Shown here: positions 29,340-44,524 of the stretch, piece by piece | Numbering within the stretch: the stretch's first letter is position 1 | Layout: every line of letters begins with the position of its first letter | Assembly: GCA_964016885.1 (NCBI GenBank) | Contig: OZ024745.1 | Location: forward strand, 113,336,001-113,400,000 | DNA length: 64,000 nucleotides | Reading direction: 5' to 3' | Origin: Eledone cirrhosa | Lineage: Eukaryota | Notes under the pieces: model-generated | What the model was told of the DNA's origin: nothing | The model's database searches: none | What the model saw: only the letters and a program-made list of their open reading frames with translations | Made by a program: the position numbers and the translations under genes

Positions 29340-30620
29340 AATGGCTCACCGCATGTAAAAAATATATTAGTTTAATGCTTGAAATTACAGGAAGAGAATC
29401 TTAACGTTTCGGATACTAGCCTTTCATCAGAAGATATAGATAGAAATAGAAGATAAATAGAAAGTAAAGAGATAAGAGTGATAGAGGATGGAACGCAGAA
29501 CAATGATGAAAAAAAAGGGTGAAGAAAAATCCACACGTGCATATTCAGTCAGCTATCTTTGAGAGTTGCTGGTCGAGTAAAATTATAGTCTGCTTCAAGA
29601 TATCTGCTCTGGTATAACCCTCATCCAAATGAATGTGGTCGAAGCACATCCAGGAATTTCAGACGCTGATTAGTGACGATTTCGCGAAACGTGATGTTCA
29701 TAACAATGTGAAAAAAATTTGCTAAATACAACTGGAATTTAATCTATCCAATATTCTGAAGGATCAATATCCCCAACTGAAACTTCAACATGTGATTGAG
29801 TAAAGAATTGAACCTTTCGAAGGAAACGATCGAAAAGGACGACGACAGGAATGCCAACTAAAGCGTGACCCTTCTTCGGTCTAAATATGCCGAATACTAC
29901 TTTTCTACAGTACGCTCTTGATGTCTTTAATGATACGTTTAAGACAAAAAAGTCCTCCGTTAGTCTGAATCAAATTCATATCATGTTTAAACAAACCTTA
30001 GAAAAGGTCAACCCTCGGCATTTGCCTGAGAACATAACCATGTTTAGATATGCGGGCAGACATCGCTTCCCCATATCAAACATCTATTGCAAAACCACGA
30101 ACTGTCTTAAATGTTCATGGCCTGCTTTTGGAACACTTAGATTACTAGTTTTTCAGTAGAGCAGCATCCACACCCATACGGAATTTTCCGTGTATACGAT
30201 AATTGTCATTCACCACACTTGTGTGTATATGAGATACAGTGGTTATCTAACTTCGGAGCGCTTCCGTCGACACTGTATTCGTAGCAACCAAAAGTGGATG
30301 GTAGGACTACCGAACAGTACTTAGCTTACCCAAAAAGTCATATGCCATCAATATCGTTGCAACAATCACCAAGAACCGCCTTTGTCAAAGAGGCGATATA
30401 TTTTAAATGGAGGACAACTGAACCCTTCAAGAAATTCCTCTACGAATAAAAGGAGGACAACCGAAGCCCTTCAAGTGAGTCTCGAAAATGACACATTAGC
30501 ATTAACGAACAGGAAGATTTTAATAGTGACAACACAGCTTGGAGTTTTAACTTTCAATGTTCAAGTTGGGATTCACATTGGATGCTTTAGTCGTGATAAC
30601 TGCGATACCAGGAGAGAGAA
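29340..30620 (-). mobile_element. Highly decayed PLE with terminal hammerhead
   Basis: Remnants SYHP..., DVCPHI and RYLE...TLKDS*LN. HHR at 29398-29435 (ATCTT-CTGATGA..GAAA-CG-TT-AAGAT) is the same family as the one at 18195. Confidence 0.55.
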
Positions 30621-30791
30621 AAGAAAACAACGAACCCAACTCTGGAAACTTGCTCTCCCTTCTGATCTGATCTGATCTTCCTCCACTTCCAGAAGTGCTG
30701 TAGCATTGGATGTATCCCCCATCCGTACATTTATGCTAATAACTCCTCTTTATTTGGATGAGTATCGTTGATTTTGAGGGCTTACCGTGAT

Positions 30792-30836
<45 letters not shown>

Positions 30837-33800
30837 ATGTGTGTGTGTGTGTGTGTGTGTGTCTATCTGCCTCTGTGTGTGTGTTAGTTAGATGTGTAAC
30901 CACAATTACGAAGCAATGCACTATATTTCTTTTCCGTTTCCTATATCCATTTATCGCTACCGTTTTATACACTATTATACAATATTACACCATGTATATC
31001 AGCTAAATATTATAGTGAGGGAGATTGAGAGAGACACACATCAAGAAAAAGACGGGACGACTAGGAGAAGAATGAAGAATGTTTTGGAAAGGGAGACAGA
31101 GATTCATTAAAAAACGGATAGAAATGTTGAGAAAAGTAAATGTCACAAGTGAACAAAGGCAAAAACATATTCTTAAAGAATCAAAAACCACCAACTACAT
31201 TCAATTAACGTATACCTTTTTGGCGCCCTGATTGTTTTCCTTAGTTGTTGTAGTTGCAAGTATTGGTGTTCAGTACATATAAGTAATTTTTGAATAGAAG
31301 TTGTAGTCAGCGTTTTGTCTAATGATGAAATGAAACATTTCAACTGATACAATATCGATTATTTGTTTATCTATAAGGTCATGACAAGACGTTAAGTGAT
31401 ATAATCGATAAAGTCGACTCAATAGAGTTGAACCTGAAAACAGAGGGAAAAGAAAACACTTTGAGGGCATTTGAACTTTGATCTTATAAGGTGGAACGGA
31501 ACTATCGACTGTTAAACCATATCATTGTTCTTAGAGGGCCAAATTAGAATATCACATCACAAACACCACCTACCAAATATGGTATATAATCAATAATTAT
31601 TTCTACATTGAAAGAAAGACATATAACACTGCAACTACCACAATAAACATAACTATTGGAGATGAATTCTAAAATAATCGGATCAATATACAAAAATGTT
31701 GCCATGTTATGCATCCTTATTTCTTGTTTGAGCCGCTTTTGGAGACGTTATGATATGCGTCGTGTATTGGACATATAAACCTGGGAGAGCCCATTCCTCT
31801 CCTAGATTATATTCAGAAGAAGTGAGAACGAGAAAGAGAGAGGGGGAGAAAGCAGATGAGAAAGAGATCTCAAGGATTGGTACTTTATCGACCAGAAAGA
31901 AAGAAAGGCAAAGTTAACTATGAAAGCAAAAGAGCAGAGGGCCGATTTAATACCAATACTCATTCCATTAAAGGTTCAAACGACTTTACCAGTACACTAC
32001 GTTACACATATGATGATATATAGACAAAAAGAAATTCTAAATTTAAATGGGACTGACTTTTCTACTATCCAACCTAAATGAGGAGAAATTACAAAATGAC
32101 AAGAATTAGTCATAGCCGCAAAGAACATATTCTGCTTACTTTCTATGCCATTAAAAAAACTGTGCGTACAGTTTTATAAGAAAACACGCATACACACACA
32201 CACATGTTTGTGTGTGTGTGTACTTGAGATGTGTCAACGGAAAGTTATAATTAGATAGTTCACTAGATAGGTAGGCATCCAGCTAGCTACCTATATATGT
32301 GGTGCAGTGGTGTGTGAATCGAATTTATCTATTTAACTGACTTATATCGACACTCAAAGCAATAATAAACATAATTAAATTTGAAGATTGAGATAGAAAA
32401 ATAATTCTGACACTATCTTCCATTGCACCGCAAGAACCGATACCCGTCAAAAAGTGAACACTTTGATCAGATTTCCATGCCACTGACTCATACCAACATT
32501 GAAATTCTTCATTGAAAGAACTAAACATATCTTGTTATTTACTTTTATTTGAGACTCTTTTTCTCAGTCATTCTATCTCTGAATTTTGCTTTCCCTGTCA
32601 CGTTTGGTTTTCTTCTTTTTTTTCTCTCTGTTTTATAACATAACATGCAAAGACACATAAAACATGAACTGGTCTAAACCGGAATTCTTTTCATGTCTCC
32701 CAGTTATTGCTTTAGAGTAAAGTATATGTTCTTCAAGTGAGCTACTAAGCTATCAAGCTAGAACTCTATTCCTGTACTCATTTCCCTTTTTCTTTCTTTT
32801 GTCTTGCATTAAATGGTTTGTTTTGCTTTAATTAGATACTGCTCAATTATTTTTATGTAATTATATCCTAGAAATAGAATTTTATGTGGAAGTGAAAAAA
32901 TATTAATTCCATTATCAACTGCAATATATTGTAAATGTATAGATCACATGTATGGAGTTGATGTTACTACTCATTTCCTGAAAGTTGAAATGATTGCGAT
33001 ATTTCACATTGACACTCCTTTCTATACATATTAATTCCATCGATATTTCTATTCCCTTGTCCGTTTCTCGGTCTCTCACTCCCTTACACGTTCACATAAC
33101 CATGTTTGACCAGAGTGGACAGACAGCCCGTCAACGATGCTGAAGTTTGCATACAGCAGTGTATCGGCAACCTCTGAATGGAAATAGAAATTGTAAAATC
33201 GAGCAAAAAACAAAAATAAAAATGCTAATTGATAAACGATAGTTTCTTGCATGCTAACAGCGTCTAACACAATTTGAAATGATCTAGCTGGAAACTTGTC
33301 ATTATCAATTGCCTTCGGCTAGTCAATTTCTCACTAGTTCAATAGTAGTTTTCATTGATTTTTTGCACAGAACTTAAATTTGTCGCTGACTACCAGTTTG
33401 CTTTATGAGAACGATAGGGAAGCTAATATATCAAAGTAGTAATTGTGACGCCATAATTAGTAATATCCAAGAAAATTGTAACGCAAAATTAGGAGAGCAG
33501 CTGATAAAAAGGACTTGCAAATCATAAAATATAGTTCCGATTTTACATTTTGGTTAGCTATCTGGGCGAGTTCATGTCTAGGAGCAGTTAAGATAAACGA
33601 TTGATTTAATCGCCAATAATTTTCCCCAAATACTGCCTGGTGTATATGGCAAAAATAATAATAACCAATACGTCAACCTATTAAATAGAGCCGGGCATGA
33701 AATATAGGCACACAAGGATATGTAAAAGAAACATCAATAATAAAAGATACCAATATTACAAAAGGTAAAAAAGGCGTAAATTTTAGCGATAACATACATA

Positions 33801-34635
33801 AATGAATTTTAGCGATAAAATACAAGAATTGCCTAGTGAGAAACGCGTAGAAGCAGCCGAATTAAACCTTTTGAAAACAATTAATTTAAACTGAGTTATT
33901 GGGTTTCTTTACTTAAACCACTACGGTATATTTATGTTCTAAGCAATTCAAAGTTTCAAAACCAAATTGTGTACAAACTCGTAGATTAACTGCTTGATTT
34001 TATGATCATTAATTTGGCAAGCCCAATCAGGTATATGCAAGAGAGAAAAGTGTTCAGAATTATCAGCCAATCTTGAGATATCTAAACTAATATTACACAT
34101 TCACTAATTCTTTTACACACTGCCCGGATATTTCACATATAAAATACCGTTAAAACTAAAGCGTGCTAAAACGGGTGTTTACGAAAATCGTATAACAAAG
34201 GGAAATAACTCCAAAAGGTAAATTTGAAATAACGAGGTGGTACATGTGTTAGTATTCGTGGGCTATAACATATGTATGGTATAACGTAATGTAGAGCATT
34301 AATATTTATCAAAGTATGGCGTAGAGTAGGATAGAAGGTGTACTGTATTATGCAAGTGTGGAAAAATAAGGAGAAAGAAAAGATATTAAGACAGTTTTAG
34401 CACGTTTTACTTTTAGTGTAATATTATAACCTCGTATAAGTTGAATTTTTGCCTGAAGATTAGGTCACAAATTTGATCTCTCTTACATTCTGGGGATTTG
34501 GTCAGTATTGGGCCTTGAAGGCTAAGATAGCGCCTTTGTCCCGTATATGAGCAGAAATAAATGATATAATATATCATCTCTCTTCCCGATTAAGTACTGT
34601 TTTCCTTTTTCCTTTTTCAAATCTACGGATATTCC

Positions 34636-34715
<80 letters not shown>

Positions 34716-34878
34716 CGATGTTTTTATTAATATTATACGCACAGAAACAGGCACACACGCACGACCCCCCCCCCATATATATATATATATTACATATCTA
34801 TTACATATCTAGTACATATCTATTTACCTTTCGATCGATCCATCTCTCTATTTCACTCTCTCTCTCCCTCTCTTACTC

Positions 34879-34934
<56 letters not shown>

Positions 34935-34939
<5 letters not shown>

Positions 34940-35402
34940 ATGGGAAGAAGAGGGAAACTGCGTGGTTGTACATGGGTTACATATTATAAAATTAGTCCCT
35001 CATCAGTGATTTGCCAACCATCATTGGTATTTCATCGCATTAAAAATCGTATACCTCAGGTTGGTGCGAGCAATAACTAAAATAAGCTATTGGGACAAGT
35101 GAGTCGCGTAAAGCGAGTGAGACAAGTAAACAACATAGAAGGAATAGCAAACCGAAGGTAGGAAAAAAAGCAAGCAACATGATGGTTATCCAATCAGCAT
35201 AAGCTGGGTGAATTTCATGAGCGGTCAGAAAACAGACCGTCCGACGTGAATGAGATGTGAGAAAGAAAGAATCCCACTACTAACGAACGGGAGGAAGTGA
35301 GAAGGGGAGAAACAGAGAGTGAGTGAGTGGAAGTGCGAGGAAGAGGTCAGTCGAGAGAAAGTGTAACTGACAGAGGGGGCGAAAGAAGGTGAGAGAAACA
35401 GA

Positions 35403-35405
<3 letters not shown>
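34935..35405 (-). repeat. Second copy of the 3671-4329 element
   Basis: Colinear similarity with 3675-4145, flanked by (TA)n. Confidence 0.8.
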
Positions 35406-35469
<64 letters not shown>

Positions 35470-36119
35470 CAGTGAGAGATAGGTAGATAGCTAGATAGAG
35501 AGAGGAGAGAGAGGGAGAGTGAGTGAAATAGAAAGATGGATCGATCGATAGGTAAATAGATAAGTATAGTGTGTATGTAATTGAGTAGTAGTTCTGTCTA
35601 TAATATACTTTAGAATAAGGATAGAGTTTGTACTTTTACAAATGCAAAGTCAATTATGTCTCTTTACAAACAAAGGAACGCAGTATGAAAGTCTGGAAAT
35701 CAATCATTAACAAAGCACTTTGAAGCTTGACAAGATTTTGATCAACTTTCTGATTGAATGCATTGAATTTGATTCATAAATGTAAATTAAAGGCGTCATT
35801 GTTTTGCTCTTTGTAAATAATGACAGTTGAGCTCTTTACTTAATAGATGCTATTCTTATCTACGCTCGCATTGTGAATGTACAGAGTTTCAGATTCTAGA
35901 CATCATTGTCTTTCTCATCTATAGATTATTCTTGAACTGTTGTGATCGAGTAAGTAAAACAAGTATCAACGTATCCTCTGAACTTATACGTTTATATCTG
36001 TCCGTCACGTTATCACCCTCCTATTCTCATTACTCACACAGACAGATACACACACAGATACAAACACACACATGCACACACACACACACACGCACACATA
36101 CACATATACACACACACAC

Positions 36120-36193
<74 letters not shown>

Positions 36194-37203
36194 AGGACGT
36201 TTTTGTTTACAAACGATAGAAAAAATACTCAATGCATGGAGTGTTCAGTCAAACAATATTTATAGGAATTAATTGATGATTCATTCCATTCCAAAGCTCA
36301 ATGATTTATAAACGTGCGGGCGTACACGTGCATTTGTTTAGGCAGGCAATGAAACGGTATATTGTTACAATCCCGGTGAAGCTGATTATTTTGTATTATG
36401 GTTGGTCATGTAATTAGATGATAGTGACTTAAATGGTTCTAGTATGTTTAGAGAATGGTACTTGTTCATGGAGAATTATCTCTGCTTGGTGACAATTAGA
36501 TAGTATTTATTTCCTCCAGATTTGTGATAGGCTGATGAATTGAGGTAAATAAGTAGAGTTTTCCTTATCCCTCCACCGAAATAAGTGTTATTGACATTTT
36601 ATATATGACTACATTAAAGAACCTATGCGTGGCATGATTGAGTGATTTCTACAGCTACAAATTGATTTATTTTTGCTGAGTACACCCTTGCTGAGTACAC
36701 CCTGGTTCTAATTCAACTAGAAACCTAGATACTTTTATTACGAAACACCTCCCATTAATATAGTCAGCAAACGGCATTGAAAAGTACGTTCTGCTTAATT
36801 GAACATGTTTAGATGTTATAATATACACAGTGCTTCACGAAACACTCTCATGTGCACAGAAAATCAACAGTTAACTGACACATTACGTACCACCTCTCAG
36901 GACTGTGTAACGGAATTGTGTCTAGTCTTCTACCTATTTGACCACACATCATATATTGGCGAATGTAAATGTTGGCTTATCCTGTGCTCTATCAATCACC
37001 CCATTTGTTTCTTATTCTTTGATCAAATGCTTGAATAATCACTTTAATTATACACTGATTCTTATCACACAAAGACACACATATATAGATACCGTATACA
37101 CACACACACACGTATATATATATATGTATATACATATATATATATATATATGTATATATAAATATATATATATATGTATATATATATGTATATACACACA
37201 TAA

Positions 37204-37238
<35 letters not shown>

Positions 37239-37283
37239 CACACATATATATTCATATATATATATATACATATATATATAGTA

Positions 37284-37441
37284 ACGAAACATAAGTCAAT
37301 TGCATGGACTCATATTCCTTTATTTACTGGTATATATATTTTGATGATAGCCATTGAATGGCTATGACGTCATATGGCTATCATCGAAATATATATAGCA
37401 GTAAATAAAGGATCATGCAATTGAATTGACTTAGGTTTCGT
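37284..37441. repeat. Fold-back containing two HHR 3' halves
   Basis: Arms ATGGCTATCATC-GAAA-TATATA-TA-GCAGTAAATAAAGG and its reverse complement. Resembles the 3' half of the 3476 motif. Confidence 0.75.
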
Positions 37442-37557
37442 CACTCTTATAACTCAGGAACTTATATATTCGTTGTCTGGTCACTATCTGCATACTGAAG
37501 TACTGGATTTTACCAACACTTACTTTCTTGCTTACACACACACACACACACACACAT

Positions 37558-37619
<62 letters not shown>

Positions 37620-37625
<6 letters not shown>

Positions 37626-37960
37626 GTTTGTATATGTATAATAAAGCCAAACCAATGCAGGTATGGACATAGAATAAAGAATGCAAATGCAAAAGATATT
37701 GTTGAGAATTAGTCTTTTACCTTAGATTTATTTAAATGTCCTTAATTTTCGAGATAATATCTCTTCTTCGGAGGGGAGTAAAACGGTTAAACCAGTGTTC
37801 TAAATAGCTTGCCATGTCATGCTGACAGGAAATGGTATAGAGTATCTGTTCTATCTCTAATGTCAAAGAGTTAAGGTTAGGTGGATAAAGAGTAGTCTCC
37901 CTTTAAAAGGTTTTTTTTGTACATGCCTGTTTATGTGTGTGGGAGATGTATGAGGTGTAA

Positions 37961-38011
<51 letters not shown>

Positions 38012-38813
38012 AGAAGATATGTCTATACGTAAATGTGGGGGATAGATGTTATCTCGTGTTAGAACTGGTCTTTGTGTGTGTGTGAGAGAGAATAAGTGGA
38101 GAGGTGTAAGCGTGTGTCCGGGGGGGGGGGGGGGGGTAAATATAGAGCTAGATGCTATATCAAGTTATAAATTGGGTGTTGAGTTCTAGTCTATTATTGA
38201 TTGGAGGTTGTGATTTGTCTATAATTAGTGCTTCCTTAATTCTAAGATTGCCGAGGTTTCTTTCCTTAGTTTCTATCCTGTTATGGTTTTGTCGGTGCTT
38301 TTGCATTTAACTAGGTGTTCCTTAAATGAGGAAACGTTAGTATTGAGGTGTTCTTTTATTCTTATGTGGAGTGATCTGGTGGTGCTACCTACGTAGAAGT
38401 TGCTGCATACACACACACACACACACACACATACTTACACCTCACACATTCTCCCACACACTTAAACAGGCATGTACAAAAAAAACCTTTTAAAGGGAGA
38501 CTACTCTTTATCCACCTAACCTTAACTCTTTGACATTAGATAGAACAGATACTCTATACCATTTCCTGTCAGCATGACTTGGCAAGTTATTTAGAACACT
38601 GGTTTAACCGCTTTAATTCCCTCCGAAGAAGAGATATTATCTCGAAAATTAAGGACATTTAAATAAAGCTAAGGTAAAAGACTAATTCTCAACAATATCT
38701 TTTGCATTTGCATTCTTTATTCTATGTCCATACCTGCATTGGTTTGGCTTTATTATACATATACAAACGTTTATACCCCATTACACAATGCTTCAAGTGA
38801 ACTATAACGTCCT

Positions 38814-38816
<3 letters not shown>
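37620..38816 (-). mobile_element. 5'-truncated PLE (family C) with GIY-YIG fragment and inverted pLTR
   Basis: 38160-38407 minus: CSNFYVGSTTRSLHIRIKEHL...LRIKEALIIDKSQPPINNRLE. 37620-37990 is inverted at 38410-38773 with an extra tail. HHR motifs with CCGAAGA core at 37739-37775 (-) and 38619-38655 (+). Confidence 0.9.
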
Positions 38817-38891
<75 letters not shown>

Positions 38892-38935
38892 AGATCAGTG
38901 GTCATATTCAATATTGATTCAGGTTTATTTAAAAC

Positions 38936-38995
38936 TCCGATATACATATTTCACTGAGGACTATCAGTTATGATACCCTGAGCTCTTCAGATGGC
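38936..38995 (-). ncRNA. Degenerate type I hammerhead motif
   Basis: Minus strand: CTGAAGA-GCTCAGGGTATCA/TGATAGTCCTCAGT-GAAA-TATGTA-TA. Stem I is eroded. Confidence 0.55.
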
Positions 38996-39139
38996 AAAAC
39001 CTTTAAATTTGAAATAATCCAATAATTTCCCCGAAAAAGATTTTCTTTTTTCTTCTCATGATACAAGGGGCCGGCCCGAACGCGTGGTGCTGTTTCTTCG
39101 ACGGCCGGTCCCTGTATGTATCTATCTATATATATATAA

Positions 39140-39226
39140 ATATTTGGTCTAGAGTTCTTATATATTTGATATATATTTATCCTTATCGAGCCCTCTTTGG
39201 ATTTTAGTCATCAAATTTATTATTAT

Positions 39227-39271
<45 letters not shown>

Positions 39272-39370
39272 TATATTGTTATACTTGGGGAGGGTCATAT
39301 TGTTGTAATAATATTGCCAGAAATAATAACAGAACACACTAACTGTTTGGTTGGTTTTCGCTTCTGTATG
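39140..39370. repeat. Solo terminal fragments of PLE family A (39140-39232) and PLE B (39276-39370) on either side of one (TA)n tract
   Basis: Match 19470-19560 and 56125-56220 respectively. Confidence 0.8.
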
Positions 39371-40348
39371 AAATCTATCGAAAACGCTAACGACATTAAT
39401 AATATCTCACTTTAACGCCTTTTACAGTGCCATTTGTTCCGTATGTATGATTTGTATTATCAAAAATTTGCTCGTCTGTGTTTATACTGACATGTAAAAT
39501 GAATCAGTTTTTTTATAAGTGACATAAAATATGATAGAAATATAACAAGGAGAAAAACTGTGTGTACAACTTGCAGGCGTAATCTCATTCTCGATAATTT
39601 TCTTCTGAATATTTCTCAAATCAATCAAAGTAAACTGTCTGGTAATAGTCTTTGAAAATTTATAGCCTGATAGATTACATTAATTAGTTTCCGTTATATC
39701 ATCGCTATTCTTTGAAATATTTCAAACAGAATTATTTGACTTTCGTCAGTTTACTCTTGAAAATTAATATTCAAAATTATTCGTCTAACTTAATATCTAA
39801 AACCTAGTATATTTCGTTAGTGTGCAAAATATTGTATTTCGGTTATTAGAGAAAATGTTTAAATACCACACAGTATAGATAGCTTTTACATAGAGTGTTA
39901 CCTGTGGAAAAGTGTACACTCATGAAATGGATATAATTTTATGTCTTTGTCATAATTCTTTTTATTGATTCCTTTTAAATTATTTTAATTTTGTATGCTG
40001 CTTATTACTTTCTAAAAATCGATATCATACTTCTTAAAGTTTAGATTTGTTTGCGATAAGCTTTTCTCCTATATGTTGTATAAAACCGAATGAACGTTAT
40101 TCTTATATCATTATCACATCTGTATTTTTGTTAGGGATGAGCAGAAACCCTCAGTCATAGAACCATTTCTCTGTTAATCTGTATATATGGTTATAGAACT
40201 CACAGTAGCTGCAGGATGGATTTATTATTATTCAATAGTTTATAAATATATACTATGCGTAAAAAGATTGCATGATACTCATAGCCTTTACATGTCATTA
40301 ATAATATGTCTAAATCTAAATTCTGTCTTCAGTCAGAATGCTCGTTAG

Positions 40349-40598
40349 GACGGTAATTATCCCGGTTTCATGGTGTGAAGCGACTGAGAGTACAAGACTC
40401 CTCCCTGGACAGGACGCCATTCCATCACAGGGTTAAACCACCAGCTATTGCTGTTACTCCTTTTCAGCTGAGTATACTGGAGCAACGTGAAATGAAGTGT
40501 TCTGCTCACGAACACAACAAACAATCCAGCCCAGAAATCGAACCCATGACATTATGACCATAAGTCCAACACCCTTACCACTAAGCCACGCGCCTCCA
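40349..40598 (-). mobile_element. SINE family C, full length
   Basis: A box TGGCTTAGTGG, B box GGTTCGATTTC, CORE-like middle, tail ACCCTGTGATGGAATGGCGTCCTGTCCAGGG. Confidence 0.8.
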
Positions 40599-41134
40599 GT
40601 TAATAATACGAGTGAAGAAAATTAGTTGCACACGAGGATAAATTGTTTTGCTGATCTGGACCGTCTTTTTTACTTGATTTCTCATGACTGCAATCTCTGA
40701 TATTTGATCAGCATTTCGTAGCTTGAATTCAAGTTAGACTTTCATTAATCCACAACGAGTCAGTAGTTTATGAGACATCGCTATATTTTCGTTATCTATA
40801 CCATTACATTTCATTCGTGACAAGGAGCTTTCATTATTGCTCAAATAAAGTTGAAAATTCTAAATGGGAAGAATATTTATTGGATGTTGACTATACCTTA
40901 AACATTTAGAAATATATTTCAAAGATTTCTAATTAACCGTTTAGAAATGTTATATGATGAAGGTGGCAGTTTCTGTTTCACAATGCTTCATATTATTGAT
41001 ATAATTTTCACTATTTGTATTGTATCTGTTTGACCCTCCTCCTCTTGAAACGATAAATTATTCTCTTCAGCATAAATACAATTATGTATATACATACACA
41101 CACACACACATATATATAATGGTTTCTTATATAT

Positions 41135-41191
<57 letters not shown>

Positions 41192-43566
41192 ATATATATA
41201 TGTATGTATATACATATATGAATGGTTGTGCTCCTGCCTGCATGGCCTCATCCTGTCGGCTGGAACACCTAGTAAAGGTGTTTCATTTAGTATGAGATTT
41301 GCCAGCTATGATGGATTGTGAATTTAAAGATTTATTTTTGAGATCACATTATGATGTGCTCGTTCAGGAAGTAGTACAATTTAAAATAAATATTTCATGG
41401 ACGTAGTAAGTGTATTACATAGGATCTAAATATGCATACTAGATTGAAAATGAAAGAATGTCTCACTAAAAGGTCATAGAGCAGAACACATTTACTTCAC
41501 ATACAAGATAATCACAAAATCATAGTGAAATTGTATTAGTGAAAATACCTGGATGTAAAACTTACCCATGTTCGACACAATGTCAGGAACTAGCAAACCA
41601 TAGAACTTACTACAGTTGACCAATGTAATCTAAATACTTCAATGTAAACATAAAATCTAAAAATGACAAAACCCGTCACATTAAACACAAGGGCTTCCAT
41701 TTATCGTCGGTTGAGCAGGCATTTACATGATTTATGCTGCCTATGCCGATTTGTAGGAAAGGACTGTTCCACAAAAAGTTCCATCATTATTTCATCCAAA
41801 TGATCATTAGCCCATTGCATAATGACAAGTTATATCGAGGAATATGCATTGAATTTATAATGGGATAAAACGAACCAGGCATCGCCAAGCATAGCTTCAC
41901 TATTCATTAACTATTTCACGTACGAAGAAGTGTCAGCCTTCCGTTTATTGGGAGGAAGGGTAATTTATTTTTCATTATGAAGCAGATGTAAGGGAAGTCA
42001 ATCAGTATGATTAGTAGGCATGAATTCTGGTAAAAATGATTAACGTGATCCTGTAGGGCACCAGCACACATATATTGATCACTATGGTAATTCGTACCAG
42101 CACTCTTGATTTTCTAACTATTGATTCTCTTACTCTAGGCAGATGGTCTGTGCGCATAAATAACTTATAGAAGATGACCATGATAGTACTATTTCGTTAA
42201 ATTACTAGTAATGTACTTATTTCTGAAATTATTTCAAGTTAATTTATTCCATATTAATTTGTTAATTTCTCCTACAAAATGATTATGGCCCAGAAACATA
42301 AATATTTGTTACAGATGTTCTCTAAAGTCATGTCCCCTTACCCTTGACTCACAACTAGCCATTCTTTTTAACTTTCTCTCAACGAAAGGAAGGGTGTCAC
42401 TTCATTCACAGGCGCAGTAGTCAGTGAAGAGTCAAACTATGCCCGACTAATTTAGAAATATATACCTGTGTTCTTCTATCCAAGCATTGAGTACAATTTA
42501 CGACGAATTTTTCAATGTAATATAATATATACTATAATATAATATAATATAATATAATATAATATAACAGAATATATATATATATGTGTGTGTGTGTGTG
42601 ATAGTTTGTAAGTGTTTGTGGGCGTGACACGTACTGTGTGAGTCTGTTTATGCAAATGCGAGTGATTAACACAAATGATTAACATTTTCATTTGCTTCCT
42701 AACATATTAAATAACATTCAAATAAAACACTTTATGAAAATGTAGCTTTGAAGCTTTATTGTAACATCATAGTTAATTTTCAATCAAAACTTTTTTAGTT
42801 CTGAAACATGGATATCATTATATAGTCAATCTTTTAGAAATTGATTCGTTTGTTTAATTAGTTTTTTTTATTAGAACTACTAAGGTCTACGGCTTCGGCA
42901 AATACATTATTATGCAACAGCTTTACAGCGTTTCTTTCTGAAATAGCTCAATCAATTTTAATCGATCAGATGTCACTATGTTCTGATTGATTTTCATGTT
43001 CAAGAGGTTTCATTAATTATTTAGTCACAGGGATATCTTAAAATGAAACCTGTCCTGTCTAATAAATTTTTTTGTAGGCTTCTCTAAGTATTCATAATTT
43101 TCATTTATAATCGTGAAAGGAATGTTACAAAGACCATTCTCTTATGTCTTGATGCCATAGAATTACATCACTGCGATTTGGCAAGAAAATATGTTTATAT
43201 TTTAGATATTAATTCATATATTTAATATGAAAATCGTCTAAATTTCTAAATTGTTATGAACAAAGATTTCCCCAATAAGGACGCATACGAGTCTATGTGA
43301 AATATGTTTATGTTTAATTTATCTTGTCTCGTCATAACTATTTAAGGTATGAATATGTTGTAACTACTTCAGCAACCAGGGTCGAAACAACGGAGCCATT
43401 TTAATTTCTTTGAATATCGACAACGAGCATTTACCTTCTCTCGAGTACCAAAGTGTAGAAGAAAGTATTGTCTTATAAATTTTGCAATCAAATATTTCGG
43501 GATTCGCAAAGGAACACGATATATATCTAATTAAATCGAAATCAAATTCAGAACTCTTTCTAGTCA

Positions 43567-43621
<55 letters not shown>

Positions 43622-43670
43622 CGTATAAACATGACTATTACGAGGTGAAGATCCGCTAAGTTGTGTTACC

Positions 43671-43773
<103 letters not shown>

Positions 43774-44121
43774 TCAAGGTTGTTCAACTGCTTATCTTAA
43801 TATTAAAGTTCTGGTGTATCAAATTAACACCATTGAACAACCTTGAATCATAGACAACCTATGTATTTCTAGGGGTACCTAGTATCCCTGGACATATTAA
43901 CTTCTACCTTTTTCTCCGTCCGTTGAGAACAAATCTGTTGCTTTACTTGGCTGCTATTTTTTTAGTAGTAATTGTAGACAGCAAGTCTTTGATTTTCCCG
44001 CTTTTACTTCGGTCCAGTTTACATACGGGTCACTTTTACGACCTTTCAGACCTTTATTAGCTGGCAGGAGGTTGTATATTTTGTCGTTCCTGGGACGTTT
44101 AGCCCTAGGAAGGGAAAATGC

Positions 44122-44200
44122 TTCTCTGATGAGCTTTGGTTTTCCATCATAAATCCATCGGATTTATGAGGTTTTACAAAGCGAAACTGATCAGTAAGGG
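44122..44200 (+). ncRNA. Canonical type I hammerhead ribozyme
   Basis: TTCT-CTGATGA-GCTTTG..TCATAAATCC/GGATTTATGA..CAAAGC-GAAA-CTGATCAG-TA-AGGG. All core nucleotides and the G10.1-C11.1 pair are present. Confidence 0.85.
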
Positions 44201-44281
44201 CCACTAGAAGAGGTAAATATTTATATTATATTTTTTAATGTATTTTGAAAAATTGATTGAATTTTACTTGTTCTGCTTATC

Positions 44282-44354
<73 letters not shown>

Positions 44355-44360
<6 letters not shown>

Positions 44361-44455
44361 CAGCGGCAATTACTTTAATGAATAAACATGAGCGTATGTT
44401 TGAAATTTCTTGTCTTTTATTACGCTTACAAGAAGGCTTAGAAATTTCCAGATAG

Positions 44456-44524
<69 letters not shown>

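Noticed and set aside
34447-34480. CTGAAGA followed by a hairpin
   Set aside because: No GAAA or closing stems follow.
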